From the NCBI GenBank assembly GCA_034530875.2, contig JAVRCJ020000035.1:1-64000 (forward strand): DNA of 64,000 nucleotides, given 5' to 3'. The stretch comes from Nostoc sp. DedSLP01. GTDB lineage: Bacteria > Cyanobacteriota > Cyanobacteriia > Cyanobacteriales > Nostocaceae. Shown here piece after piece: positions 51,663 to 62,773 of this stretch. Both the position numbers and the translations under genes were made by a program. Position 1 is the first letter of the stretch, and every line of letters starts with the position of its first letter. The notes below the pieces were generated by a model. That model saw only the letters and a program-made list of their open reading frames with translations, was not told the origin of the DNA and did not search any database.

Positions 51663-52514
51663 ATGACAAAGCAGTTCGCTAATTTATATATCTTTGGCGA
51701 TAGTTACTCAGACACAGGTAATGCTTTCAATGCTACTGGAGGAGTTTTAGCCGCGCCTCCCAACTATCATGGAAGATTTTCTAACGGTCGTCTCTGGGTT
51801 GACTATTTAGCAGATAGCTTAGAAATCACACTACAACCAAGCACAGAAAATACTTCAAATAATCAAGGTATTAATTTTTCTTTTGGAGGCGCAACAACAG
51901 GTCTGGATAATTTATTTCCTGCTGTTATACCTGACTTGCCACAATTGCCAGGATTGCAACAACAAATAGATTCATTCACTAACTTATTACAGCAAAATCA
52001 GCAATCTGCCGACCCAAACGCGCTGTATGTTATCTGGGCTGGTGCAGCAGATTATGCTCCGTTTGTCAATGGAATTCCTAAATATAGCGATACTATTACC
52101 ACCATCGCTAATATTTCTACAGCAATTCAATCTTTAACCGAGCTTGGTGCTAAAAATATTTTGTTAGTAAATGTAATTGATATTGGAAAAACACCGCTTG
52201 CATCAGAAGTAGATAGTATTACAAAAGCAGAGGTAGTTAGTAAGCTAATCAAGAAACACAACCAATCTTTGAAAGAAATTGCCCGCATTTATGATGACAA
52301 AATCAATCTGATTTTATTTGATGTGAAATCTGTTGTAGATGGGGCGATCGCTCATCCGCAGAAGTTTGGTTTCACTAACACTACTCAAGCTTCTTCACTG
52401 ATAGAATCTAGCAATCCAGATGAATATGTATTTTGGGATCTAGTACATCTGACAAGCAAAACTAATCAATTAATAGCGAATGCGGCTTTAGCAATTTTAG
52501 GTCTGAGGGTCTAG
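51663..52514 (+). CDS. SGNH/GDSL lipase-esterase
   Basis: FGDSYSDTGN, GRFSNG, FWDLVHLT. Confidence 0.88.
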   Translation: MTKQFANLYIFGDSYSDTGNAFNATGGVLAAPPNYHGRFSNGRLWVDYLADSLEITLQPSTENTSNNQGINFSFGGATTGLDNLFPAVIPDLPQLPGLQQQIDSFTNLLQQNQQSADPNALYVIWAGAADYAPFVNGIPKYSDTITTIANISTAIQSLTELGAKNILLVNVIDIGKTPLASEVDSITKAEVVSKLIKKHNQSLKEIARIYDDKINLILFDVKSVVDGAIAHPQKFGFTNTTQASSLIESSNPDEYVFWDLVHLTSKTNQLIANAALAILGLRV

Positions 52515-52672
52515 CGTAATACGCAAGCTCGATTTCCACTGACTCAACGTTAACATGGGTGGCGACCAGTGCCAGGAGTTTATCCAGATTCAGGGTTTGT
52601 GGCGATAAATCCATCTTCTGATTCATATCCTCCAACATCTCCTCATGCTAGCGTCGAACAAACAAAGATAGT

Positions 52673-53392
52673 ATGATGGCTCGCATTCAACCTACGCGAC
52701 GACAGTTTATTCAAGGCATTGGAGGAGCTGCTGTCTTGATGCTTTTGGGCTGCAAGCAACAGGAAAAAGCAATGGTGACGCTGTATACTTTTGGTGATTC
52801 TATATTAGACTGCGGTCGATATAACGAGTTTGGCGTTCATCCAGGACAACTCCTCGTTCAAAATGACGATCGCCTGTTTCCAGAATTTCAAGGTCAAGAC
52901 CTGCGATCGCGAGGTTCCGCACGCCTAGAACATCACGCTCGTGATGGAGCAACCGTTGATAGTTTACCTTCTCAAGCTTACAAATTAAGCCCAGAAAAAA
53001 GGGCAATTGCACTCATTACCATTGGTGGTAACGATTTGCTAGGGGGATTAATTCAGGATACAGGTGCAGGGATTGAAAACTTTGCTAATGCCCTTGACAA
53101 CTTCGTGCAACAATTACCAATCCGTCCTGTTTTTCTGGGTAATGTTTACGATCCTACCTTCCAAGATGACCAACGCAACTTTGTAGGCGTTGAACCCGCG
53201 ATCGCTCGTCAGAATCTCCAGCGCATGAACGCTACAATTCAAACAATTGCTAACCGCTACGGACAGTTAGTTGATATCCACGCTCACTTCCTTAAAGGCG
53301 ATTCATCTTGGTTCACAGCAACAATTGAGCCAAGCCTGCGGGGTGCTTCCGAAGTCCGACGCGCTTTTCTACCCTACGTTATCGGTAATTGA
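52673..53392 (+). CDS. SGNH-like hydrolase with Tat/lipoprotein signal
   Basis: TRRQFI twin-arginine motif, LLGC lipobox, FGDSILD, IGGNDL. Confidence 0.75.
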   Translation: MMARIQPTRRQFIQGIGGAAVLMLLGCKQQEKAMVTLYTFGDSILDCGRYNEFGVHPGQLLVQNDDRLFPEFQGQDLRSRGSARLEHHARDGATVDSLPSQAYKLSPEKRAIALITIGGNDLLGGLIQDTGAGIENFANALDNFVQQLPIRPVFLGNVYDPTFQDDQRNFVGVEPAIARQNLQRMNATIQTIANRYGQLVDIHAHFLKGDSSWFTATIEPSLRGASEVRRAFLPYVIGN

Positions 53393-53705
53393 AGGAGGCA
53401 GGAGGCAGGAGGCAGGAGGTAAAACCCTCAACAGTAAAAGGTTTTGCTCCTTTGGATTTTACATTTAATTATGTCCGCTTACTTAACATTTGCGGGTCGA
53501 GTAAGTTTGTCAGGTAGTAATACCAAACAGTAATTTTTCGGTTATTGCAGCAACACACTTAAATCAGGAAAGTCTTACTGCTTGTCAGTTTCTTAATTAC
53601 GAATTACGAATTCGTATTATCCCTAATGCTAGCCTCATTCACCTTACTGGTACAGATGTGACGTAAAATTAAACTCCATCTGGTATTTGCTAATCCCTTG
53701 ACGCC

Positions 53706-55217
53706 ATGTTTTGTGACTACCTCATCCAAATCTTGACTGCCCGCGTGTATGATGTTGCTCAAGAAACACCGCTGGAGTATGCTCCAAATCTGTCTGCACG
53801 ACTGAACAATCAACTCATGCTCAAACGTGAGGATATGCAGTCAGTATTTTCGTTTAAATTGCGGGGTGCTTATAACAAAATGGTGCAACTGCCACCAGAT
53901 ATATTGGCACAGGGTGTAATCGCTGCGTCTGCGGGGAATCACGCTCAGGGGGTTGCCCTGGCAGCCAACCGCTTGGGAACGAAAGCGATTATCGTCATGC
54001 CGATAACTACACCTCAAGTTAAGGTGGATGCAGTGAGAAGTAGGGGTGGAGTAGTTGTATTACATGGAAATACTTACGACGATGCTTATGCTTATGCTCG
54101 TCAATTAGAAGCCGAAAAAGGATTAACTTTTATTCATCCCTTTGACGACCCGCATGTAATTGCCGGACAGGGGACAATCGGGATGGAAATTTTACGGCAA
54201 TATCAGCAACCCATCCATGCAATTTTTGTCGCTATTGGCGGCGGCGGATTAATTTCGGGAATTGGAGCTTATGTCAAACGCTTGCGTCCAGAAATTAAAG
54301 TGATTGGCGTTGAACCAGTGGATGCTGATGCCATGTCTCAATCTTTAAAAGCCGGGCATCGGGTGCGTTTATCGCAAGTGGGCTTATTTGCCGATGGGGT
54401 AGCAGTGCGGGAAGTGGGTGAAGAAACCTTCCGTTTATGTCAAGAATATGTAGATGAGATTATCTTAGTAGATACTGATGATACTTGTGCGGCGATTAAA
54501 GACGTATTTGAAGATACCCGATCGATTTTAGAGCCGGCAGGTGCATTGGCGATCGCAGCTGCTAAAGCCTACGCAGAACGAGAACAAATCACAGGACAAA
54601 CGTTAATTGCTGTAGCCTGCGGTGCAAACATGAATTTCGATCGCCTGCGTTTTGTAGCAGAACGGGCAGAGTTCGGCGAACGCCGGGAAGCTATCTTTGC
54701 AGTTACAATTCCTGAGGAGCAAGGCAGTTTGCGTCAATTTTGCGAGCTGATTGGTAACCGCAATCTTACCGAATTTAATTATCGCATTGCCGATGCCAAA
54801 ACAGCCCATATTTTTGTCGGCGTGCAAATTCAAAACCGTGCCGATGCTTCAAAGATGGTAGAAACCTTTGAAGCCCACGGATTTGAAACCCTGGATTTAA
54901 CAGACGACGAACTCACTAAATTACATCTGCGGCACATGGTGGGCGGACACTCTCCCCTTGCTCAGAATGAATTACTCTACCGTTTTGAGTTTCCCGAACG
55001 TCCCGGCGCCTTAATGAAGTTTGTTGCTTCCATGAGTCCCGACTGGAATATCAGTCTTTTTCACTACCGCAACAACGGCGCAGACTACGGTCGCATCGTT
55101 ATGGGCATCCAAGTTCCCCCCTACGAGATGCAAGAGTGGCAAGCATTCCTCGATACCCTTAGCTATCGCTATTGGGATGAAAACAAGAACCCAGCATATA
55201 AGCTGTTTTTGGGGTGA
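53706..55217 (+). CDS. ilvA: Threonine ammonia-lyase, biosynthetic
   Basis: SFKLRGAYN (PLP Lys), SAGNHAQG, C-terminal regulatory domains with FPERPGAL. Confidence 0.96.
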   Translation: MFCDYLIQILTARVYDVAQETPLEYAPNLSARLNNQLMLKREDMQSVFSFKLRGAYNKMVQLPPDILAQGVIAASAGNHAQGVALAANRLGTKAIIVMPITTPQVKVDAVRSRGGVVVLHGNTYDDAYAYARQLEAEKGLTFIHPFDDPHVIAGQGTIGMEILRQYQQPIHAIFVAIGGGGLISGIGAYVKRLRPEIKVIGVEPVDADAMSQSLKAGHRVRLSQVGLFADGVAVREVGEETFRLCQEYVDEIILVDTDDTCAAIKDVFEDTRSILEPAGALAIAAAKAYAEREQITGQTLIAVACGANMNFDRLRFVAERAEFGERREAIFAVTIPEEQGSLRQFCELIGNRNLTEFNYRIADAKTAHIFVGVQIQNRADASKMVETFEAHGFETLDLTDDELTKLHLRHMVGGHSPLAQNELLYRFEFPERPGALMKFVASMSPDWNISLFHYRNNGADYGRIVMGIQVPPYEMQEWQAFLDTLSYRYWDENKNPAYKLFLG

Positions 55218-55229
55218 GTGGGAGATGGG

Positions 55230-55330
55230 GAGATGGGGGAGTGTGGGGAGTGTGGGGGGAAAGATTTCTTCCCCATCTTCCCACACCTCCCACACCTCCC
55301 ACCCCTCCCTCTCCTCCCATGCCCCAATCC
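55230..55330 (+). repeat. Dispersed G-rich/C-rich hairpin repeat, copy 3
   Basis: Core at 55254-55273. Confidence 0.85.
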
Positions 55331-56368
55331 CTAATTCCGATAACTACCCTCCGATATCATATTGGAGTCCCAGGTATACAAACCAATTTGGTCGGGAACC
55401 TTGGAGAATCTCCCTGTCCGATACCCTCTAGATAATTCATTTAGCACCTTATTTTTAATCTCTCGCACTTCTTGAGAAGTTATATCTCCGTAAATTCCGG
55501 CGATGACTTCGGCGACGGTGAATACTTTACCTGGATTTTGTTCAAACAGAGAAGTCAGGGCATCGATTAAGAATTGACCTTCATAAGCTTTGAGCATTGG
55601 GACTGTTCTGGGATTAGGAGGTATGAAGGTTTTCTTCTTTTTGCTTTTACTACTCCTAGCAGCACCATTGCCATTTTTTGGAGCGACTAAATTTAAATCT
55701 AGAGTATAACAACCGGGTTCTTCCGGAATTATTACCCAGTAATTCCTTTCTCTGCCTTGGGTGAGGGAAGATTGAACTCTACCTTTAACTACTCTAAATA
55801 CAGTAGGATCTAAGTCTCCATAAAGCGATCGCACAATGAAATCGATATGGCAAACAATACCCGCCTGCTGTTGTAATAGCTGTTTTATGGCTTCCATTCG
55901 AGACAGATGTTGATACTGGGGTAGCATCGGAATGTCCGGCACCTTTGTTGAGTTATCGTTATTTTCTGGAACTGTCTCGATTGCGGATTTAGTTGGAACT
56001 TGACTTGCTTTTGTATCAATAGTACCCAAGGAGTTAGCTATTTCAACATTGTCTGAGTCTATTGGTTCTGACTCTATAGACTCGACCAATTTGATTTGGG
56101 AAATGTCATCATGGGCTGACAAAAACCGCACAGAAGCTTCCTCAGAAGAGTTGGAGCTTTCATCAACTGGCTTGAGTCTGGAAATCTGCTTATTACCATC
56201 GGCAAAAGACCAGGTAGATAATAACGCTTCTACATGATCGAGTTGCGATCGCGCCTCCACAAATAACCGTTGGTACTCTTCTGTCAGGCGAGCGTAATAG
56301 TTCCGTAATTCCAACAGCGGTGAGAGAAATGTACCTGGGGGTGGTTCTAATTGTCCTTTTGAATTCAT
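55331..56368 (-). CDS. Hypothetical protein: coiled coil, disordered linker and two ~80-aa repeats (winged-helix-like)
   Basis: Internal duplication PML..Y...EAI..L...G....I...LYGD...V...L..G...P...G.YT.D occurs twice. Confidence 0.75.
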   Translation of the reverse strand: MNSKGQLEPPPGTFLSPLLELRNYYARLTEEYQRLFVEARSQLDHVEALLSTWSFADGNKQISRLKPVDESSNSSEEASVRFLSAHDDISQIKLVESIESEPIDSDNVEIANSLGTIDTKASQVPTKSAIETVPENNDNSTKVPDIPMLPQYQHLSRMEAIKQLLQQQAGIVCHIDFIVRSLYGDLDPTVFRVVKGRVQSSLTQGRERNYWVIIPEEPGCYTLDLNLVAPKNGNGAARSSKSKKKKTFIPPNPRTVPMLKAYEGQFLIDALTSLFEQNPGKVFTVAEVIAGIYGDITSQEVREIKNKVLNELSRGYRTGRFSKVPDQIGLYTWDSNMISEGSYRN

Positions 56369-56378
56369 AACAGTTTAA

Positions 56379-56624
56379 TCAATTTAGATCGGTGTCACTT
56401 TTGTAAGACATTGGTCTGGGTTTAGCTTTGCGGGATGCTGGTTGGGATTTTTTAGGTGCTTGGGGAGGGCGACATCTCTCACAATATAAAGGTCGAGGCC
56501 CGTAAGTCTCACGTTTTGTCACCTCGTTACACTCTTTACAGACAAACTGAAAAACACGAGTGTGAATCTGTCTTTTGTGCGCTCTGACTGTATATTCCCT
56601 AACATCAATGAATTTACTTGCCAT
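56379..56624 (-). CDS. Small basic zinc-ribbon protein
   Basis: CKEC...CERC, K/R-rich; ends 10 bp before the next ATG. Confidence 0.75.
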   Translation of the reverse strand: MASKFIDVREYTVRAHKRQIHTRVFQFVCKECNEVTKRETYGPRPLYCERCRPPQAPKKSQPASRKAKPRPMSYKSDTDLN

Positions 56625-57608
56625 AATTAGGAATCTTCAATTTCCTTCGTATCAATGTCCTATCAATATAGCTATTCAAGCAAATGAAACTGCATCAGTG
56701 TGTGTTTATGTAGAACTTTTATTCAAACCGGTGAATTTAATGCCAAGGACAAGCTGCAAATATTGCTTGGCTGCAAATTCAGAGTTAGCCTTGACTATCT
56801 CCTAAGCATATACTTGGTGACGAGCAAACAGCACCACCATTTCTAATAGTGCTTGATTTGAAAAATAATTTCTACTACCTATTACTAGCTGATTTTGCCT
56901 GACGCGATCGTTTACGGTGTAGAGTGGGTAATCTTCAACTAAAGTACAATCCCTCTTCAATAATGCCAGTGCTGTAAATAAAGCACTACATAATCAGATC
57001 GTCTTGCCAAAAAAAGGCTTGCATGGACTTGTTTAGTTGGATAAGACTAGACTTCTACAACGGTGTCTTAAAGACTTTTGGATCTCCTTGAACAAACTGT
57101 AGAAATCTTACCAAAGTATCTGCACTTCAGCCCCTAATTTTATTTATACATATCTTGACACAGATAATTTTCATCGTCCTCATCGGGGAAATTGGGGATA
57201 AGTAAGTGTCGGATTATTTAGTTGCACTTCTACATTTAGAAATCAAGTTATTGCCAGTGTATTTAATTGCCTGCGATCGCATTACCCAATTTCTAATACC
57301 AATTTCAACAATCTTTGCAAAACCCGGCTCGTTAGTAGGGTGCAGAGCTAGCTATACGCTTCTACTGTATTTGTCCTTTTTTCAAATTGGTATAACCGTT
57401 GTGCCTTTTGATAGAGTGATAATTAGCATGAATATTTAGTAGTACAATTTGTCACATATAATAATTTGATTAGTAGTAGCAATTGTTTTTATTTTTAGTT
57501 GAGTTTTGTGAACATTTTTGAAAGAAGAATGCGATAAATGTATGGGTAGAGGCGTACAGATGTACATCTCTACCCATACATTTTTTGCCAATATTTTTGC
57601 GGATGGTA

Positions 57609-57891
57609 TTACTTATTTTCCACAAAATCGGCATCAATGACATCTTCAGGGCGATCGCCTACTTTAGCACCTGTATTGTTCGCGGTTTAGGCGTAGATAG
57701 TGCTACTTACTTGCATTAAAGCTTGTTGTAACTCACTAGAAAGAGATTTAATGCGATCGTTGTTATCTAGTTTAATTGCCTCCTGTAAACCACTGACTAG
57801 TTTTTCAATGCCAGAGCGATCGCTTGTACTGATTTTATCGCCCAACTCTGAAAAGCTGTTTCTGGGTTTGATATATTAGTGAATCTGCTTT
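57609..57891 (-). pseudogene. dnaK: dnaK 3' remnant (lid and tail)
   Basis: KADSLIYQTQKQL/[frameshift]SELGDKISTSDRSGIEKLV...LQQALMQVSSTIYA*...EDVIDADFVENK*. Confidence 0.85.
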
Positions 57892-57892
57892 T

Positions 57893-58393
57893 TTAACTTT
57901 GACCGATATTAACTTTGACGGCTTTGGTTTTTTGTGATTCAGCTTTGGGCAAAGTTAAATGGAGAAGGCCATTTTTGTATTCAGCTTGCACTTTGTCGTT
58001 TTGAACTTGGGAAGGTAACGGAATTACTCGATGGAATTTGCCATAACGGAACTCAGAGCGAGTGATGCCGTTTTCTTCTGTCTTGGTTTCAGTCTTGCGC
58101 TCGCCACTAATGGAAATTGAATCGGGAGTCGCTTCTACATTTATATCTTTTGGTTCTAAACCAGGTACTTCTAGTCTCAAGCTTATTGCATCATCAGTTT
58201 CTTCTATTTCTGCGGCAGGAATGAAGCCCCATCCTGTCCTTTCACCCCCATCAGTTGGTATTAATCTGTCAAACAACCGATTCATTTGGCGTTGTAAGGC
58301 GTCGATTTCCCGGAATGGTTCTAAGCGTTCGCTATCCCGGAATGTTCCTGAGCGTTCAATATCTCGGAATGGATCCCAACGAATGAGTGCCAT
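57893..58393 (-). CDS. Small heat-shock protein Hsp20
   Basis: LEVPG, ISGERK, SEFRYGKFHRVIPLP, AEYKNGLLHLTLPK; AGGAG RBS. Confidence 0.95.
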   Translation of the reverse strand: MALIRWDPFRDIERSGTFRDSERLEPFREIDALQRQMNRLFDRLIPTDGGERTGWGFIPAAEIEETDDAISLRLEVPGLEPKDINVEATPDSISISGERKTETKTEENGITRSEFRYGKFHRVIPLPSQVQNDKVQAEYKNGLLHLTLPKAESQKTKAVKVNIGQS

Positions 58394-58827
58394 AACTATC
58401 TCCTGTTAAGAAACTCTCTAGTCTTGGGAGGCTCAATCTCAAGCTGTCTAGCTTCCGAACACCTGATATAATCTTTCTGTCACGCAATCTTGAAATTTTA
58501 TTCAGCTCAATCTCAAGCTTCCTATCTATCACACTAGATCGATATTTAAGTTAAGCAGGTTCGGTTTTATAGTCACAAGCGATCGCAATAACCGTACCTT
58601 TTGCCAGTTCACAAAAGATCTAACTTATCTTATTTACACTAGTGAAGAAGAAAATTGAAAAGCGATCGCCTTTACAAAAGTATGGATATTCCCTCTGGCG
58701 TAACCGATAGCGAAGCTAAGCCGTGTCTTCTCCCAAAGGCGAACGAGCGTCACAGCCCGTCGTAGACATCGCCTGTTTTAAACCTATCTATCACCAGAAG
58801 TGCGATCGCACTTTCCACTAAACAATT

Positions 58828-59073
58828 ATGAGTAAAACTCCCCGTATTTCTATTCCACCGGAAGTAAAAAAATATGTCTGGCAACGTGACAAATATCAAT
58901 GCCGAAGCTGCGGTAAAACTGCACTAGAAATAAACCTCACGATTGACCATATTATTCCCCTGGCTCGTAGCGGTCAAAACGATATTAGCAATCTACAAAC
59001 TCTTTGTCTCACCTGCAATCAGCAAAAAACCGACAGGATCGATCCCCGGTTTAGACGCCATTTTGATTTATAG
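58828..59073 (+). CDS. Small HNH endonuclease
   Basis: RDKYQCRSCG, IDHIIP, NLQTLCLTCN. Confidence 0.85.
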   Translation: MSKTPRISIPPEVKKYVWQRDKYQCRSCGKTALEINLTIDHIIPLARSGQNDISNLQTLCLTCNQQKTDRIDPRFRRHFDL

Positions 59074-59130
59074 TAATTCTGGTGTGGATGCAATATGTGG
59101 TAGGGGCGAACAGCTGTTCGCCCCTAGATG

Positions 59131-61842
59131 TTATGGCAATTGATTTGCGATCGCACTCACATCAACTGCTAGCTTTTTGCCTAGTTTGAGCAACTGCCGA
59201 CACTGATGAATGTCTTCTTCATTGTTAAGGGTGGTAAGACACAAAGGTATTATCTGACTGTGCAAACAACTGAAATATAATTCTTGGGATCGATGTAACG
59301 AAATATCAATATTTAATCGATCCCCGACATCAATCAATCGCTCCAATTGTTGGATATCTGCATTAAAATTACCATTGGCATCATGCAACAATTGCCAAAG
59401 CGATCGCATAATCAACTGTTCTAATATCTGCTTGCCGTCGGGAATATTCAGCTGACAACGCAGATGTTTTGCTTCGGTGGCGATCGCCTCCAATTCTACT
59501 ATGTGATTCCAACGCAATTGCGGCTCGGCAATATCTTGCTCTAGCGATCGCAATGTCATCATACAGCGATGCCCTAAAGCTATCTCCGCCGCTACTTGCA
59601 ATTCTTGCGGTACTGGCATTTCATCTCGATGAAAAGCCATCACCACACCATAATTATCGCGGTACACTTGAGTATAAAGTTGTCCTAAACGTGTCAGTGT
59701 TTGCTGACTTAACAGCCGCATAATCCGGTGGCGTTCTTCAGCAAATAGATTTTCCAAGTTGAAAGTATCTTCGCCAAAGAACTGCTTCATTGCCAAGATG
59801 GTATGAGCCGCACTCGCTTGTTTGAGGGCCCCAAAGACTTTTTCTTTTAATTGGGTATACTTGCGCCGCCCAGAAAATTGTTGAATGCAACAGTGGAAAT
59901 CCCAACCTCCCAAATGCAGAACAGCAAATACCAGATGCTCACTTTCCCAAGTAATTTCTGATACTAGCTTTAAATTGCCCACAGCCAGAGTTAGCGATCC
60001 CATGCGTTGAAGTTGGTAATCTAGCTCATTGACAGCGTAGCAATAAACACGCTTTGTGTGAGTGCCTTGTGTTGAGCGCTCGATGCTAAATGTCGATCCC
60101 TGACTCGTAAACAAAGAAGTAATCGCATAATGGGCTGCTACTTGTTTAAAACCAAGTTGGGCAGTCAGTACCAGCTGGCGATAAATTTCGCCGCCATGTT
60201 TGAATTGATCGACATTACTGGGGGCTAGTCCGAGATGTTTGACGAAGCCTTTTTCCAACTGCACGCCTGCGACTTCCCCTGCTAATTCCAAAGCACGGGC
60301 GGCGTAGCGGAGAATCTGCGTACCTTCTGGACGAGAAATTTCTTCAAAAAACCAGCCACAACTAGTAAACATCAACAAAGCATGACGTTGCATTTCCAAT
60401 AAACGCAAGGCGTCTACTTGTTCTGCGGCTGTTAGTTTGTGGGTTTGATGGCGGGAAAGGAAACGGTTGACATTGGCGCTTGAGCGATCGCGGATTACTT
60501 GAATGTATTCATCCCGTGCTAGCCAGGGATCGCGAAATAACTGTCTGCCATATTCCTCATACACCTCTATTAGCTGATCCCGCAGCCAATTGAGAGCATC
60601 CCGCAACGGACGACGCCATTTCTGATGCCAAACACCACCTTCTCCACCGCAGCCACAGTTATCTTGCCATCTGTCTACACCATGAGCGCAACTCCAGGCT
60701 GTGATTGGCTTCAATTCTACTTCCCAAGTAGGAGGATTAATGCTCAGGTAGTGAGCATAGTTCGTTACCGTCCAACCCTGCTGGGGAAATTCTGTAGTGA
60801 AAGCGTAGGCTAAAGTTTTCTCAGTTCCTTTCTTGTGATGTCCAAAGGTTTCCCCATCTGTAGCCACAGAAATCAACTGTGCTGGACGATGATCCCCACG
60901 CACCGCAGAACCGATACGCCCAGCAAAGCGATGGGAATTGTAAACCACATCACTAAAACCCATATCCCGCGATATCGGGCCATCGTAGAAGAAGATATCA
61001 ATGTAGGGGGAATCGGGAGTGGGGAGTGAGGAGTGGTGAGTGTCTGGATTCCCCTCCTTAACTACACTCAAAGGTGAAGATGAAGTGTCTAGCGTCGGCT
61101 TCAAATAACAACGATAAGGACGGGTGGGATCGATCTGACTACCGCCGACTTCGTACCATTCAGGATTGGGATTTTCTTTAGAAGCAAAGGGACGACAACG
61201 CTGTGCTTGTGATGGTGCAAGGATAATGAAGCGAATACCTTCAGCAACTAGAGCTTCTAAAGTGGGGTAGTCTACACCAGTTTCTGCTAACCAGATCCCT
61301 TCGGGATCGCGTCCAAACCGGGAGCGAAAGTCTTCCTTACCCCAGCGAATTTGGGTATATTTGTCGCGTTCGTTCGCCAGAGGCATGATGATGTGATTGT
61401 ATACTTGCGCGATCGCATTTCCATGACCGTGCAAACGCTGGCTACTTTTGGCATCCGCCTCTAAAATCCGCTGATAAACTTCCACATCGTAGCGTTCTAG
61501 CCACGACATCAATGTTGGGCCGATATTAAAACTAAAATACTCATAATTGTTGACGATCCCCATTACTTCGCCTTGCTCGTTTAGCACTCTGGCAAAAGCA
61601 TTCGGGCGATAGCATTCCCAATGAATCCGCTCATTCCAATCATGGAAAGGTGCAGCACTCGGTTGGCGTTCAATTGCGTCCAGATAAGGATTTTCCCTCG
61701 GTGGTTGGTAAAAATGACCGTGCACCGTCACATAAACACCGTGAGCCGTTCTCAGGGGATCGGAGGAGTGAGTATTCTTAGAATCTGAATTTAATGTTGA
61801 CGTTGAGCCAGAGTTAGCTGGCATTTGGGCAGCAGAAGTCAT
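59131..61842 (-). CDS. GH57-family glycoside hydrolase with DUF3536-type C-terminus
   Basis: HGHFYQPPRENP, WLAET, ATDGETFGHH, WSCAHG, MFTSCGWFF. Confidence 0.88.
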   Translation of the reverse strand: MTSAAQMPANSGSTSTLNSDSKNTHSSDPLRTAHGVYVTVHGHFYQPPRENPYLDAIERQPSAAPFHDWNERIHWECYRPNAFARVLNEQGEVMGIVNNYEYFSFNIGPTLMSWLERYDVEVYQRILEADAKSSQRLHGHGNAIAQVYNHIIMPLANERDKYTQIRWGKEDFRSRFGRDPEGIWLAETGVDYPTLEALVAEGIRFIILAPSQAQRCRPFASKENPNPEWYEVGGSQIDPTRPYRCYLKPTLDTSSSPLSVVKEGNPDTHHSSLPTPDSPYIDIFFYDGPISRDMGFSDVVYNSHRFAGRIGSAVRGDHRPAQLISVATDGETFGHHKKGTEKTLAYAFTTEFPQQGWTVTNYAHYLSINPPTWEVELKPITAWSCAHGVDRWQDNCGCGGEGGVWHQKWRRPLRDALNWLRDQLIEVYEEYGRQLFRDPWLARDEYIQVIRDRSSANVNRFLSRHQTHKLTAAEQVDALRLLEMQRHALLMFTSCGWFFEEISRPEGTQILRYAARALELAGEVAGVQLEKGFVKHLGLAPSNVDQFKHGGEIYRQLVLTAQLGFKQVAAHYAITSLFTSQGSTFSIERSTQGTHTKRVYCYAVNELDYQLQRMGSLTLAVGNLKLVSEITWESEHLVFAVLHLGGWDFHCCIQQFSGRRKYTQLKEKVFGALKQASAAHTILAMKQFFGEDTFNLENLFAEERHRIMRLLSQQTLTRLGQLYTQVYRDNYGVVMAFHRDEMPVPQELQVAAEIALGHRCMMTLRSLEQDIAEPQLRWNHIVELEAIATEAKHLRCQLNIPDGKQILEQLIMRSLWQLLHDANGNFNADIQQLERLIDVGDRLNIDISLHRSQELYFSCLHSQIIPLCLTTLNNEEDIHQCRQLLKLGKKLAVDVSAIANQLP

Positions 61843-62228
61843 GTATATTTATCCAAAACAAAAAACTCGCAGTTGCACTGATACATCTTGTGCATAAACC
61901 TTTCTACAATGGCTCGAACACAAAATCCGGTATAAAGAACAACTTATGAAATACAACCAAATTTTTGAGAAAGCGGTTTTAGTATAATGGGAAATCTGCG
62001 TTATCGCACAGCCCTTTCCCCGAAGGCTTGAAGTAATTAGCCATTTAACAACGCCTCATTTAGGGGTTTTCTCTTTGGCAGCGCCAATCAAAAACTTAAT
62101 TGTCTTTTAATATATTAAACCCCATTTTTGTTGTAATATTTTGGCTGCATTTCATACTTTTGCAACAAAAGATTTAGAAAACTCTTTAAATTGCAATCTT
62201 ATTTTACATACATAGGAGTAGATTGGGT

Positions 62229-62351
62229 ATCGGGCATGGGGCATAGGGAAGGGGGCAGAGGGGGCAGAGGGGCAGAGGAGAATAATTAATCACCAATGAC
62301 TAATGACTAATGACCAATGACCAATGACTAATGACCAATGCCTAATGCCTA
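62229..62351 (+). repeat. STRR tracts (G-rich units, then AATGACT/C heptamers)
   Basis: About eight tandem AATGAC(T/C)-type units; same organisation as 5389-5516. Confidence 0.85.
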
Positions 62352-62773
62352 AAGTCATAAAATTCTGTGAAATTTCTGAATTAGTATACACAACCTAGAG
62401 AGTATCCTATGGGAGTTATGAGTACCCAGTGCTGTTAGCCCAAGCGGGGCGTTTAGCCCGTGCTGAGTCAGTAAAACGAAAGAAAACAAGTAGCTAGGCA
62501 TGAATTAAATTAAAGTTCGTAGTTGGGGTTTTTGCTATAACTACAGGGCATGAAGTATCTTCAATTAGTTATGCTCGCTTACTTAAGACGATTTGTTTAC
62601 TCATCATGGTTATGTCTTCACTCAAAACTAGGAACTGGGAATTGGGGATTAGGGACTGGGGACTAGTACTGTTACTCAACACTTAAAACTCAACACTCAG
62701 CACAGGCCACACGCTCCGCTACCGCCAATAGCACTCAGCACTCAGATAGAATATCCTCAACTTCAGGTGACAA

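Noticed and set aside
52462..52626. 54-aa minus-strand ORF near GGAGG-like sequences
   Set aside because: Overlaps the GDSL gene end, RBS spacing is poor and no motif is present; at most a fragment.
56640..57540. Possible sRNA or small ORFs (56575-56805, 57206-57439)
   Set aside because: No recognisable RNA family, terminator or protein-like sequence.
58521..58802. Further TCTATC half-sites near hsp20 and the HNH gene (also near 26610 and 51484)
   Set aside because: No -10 hexamer at the 22-bp spacing, so they were excluded from the motif set.
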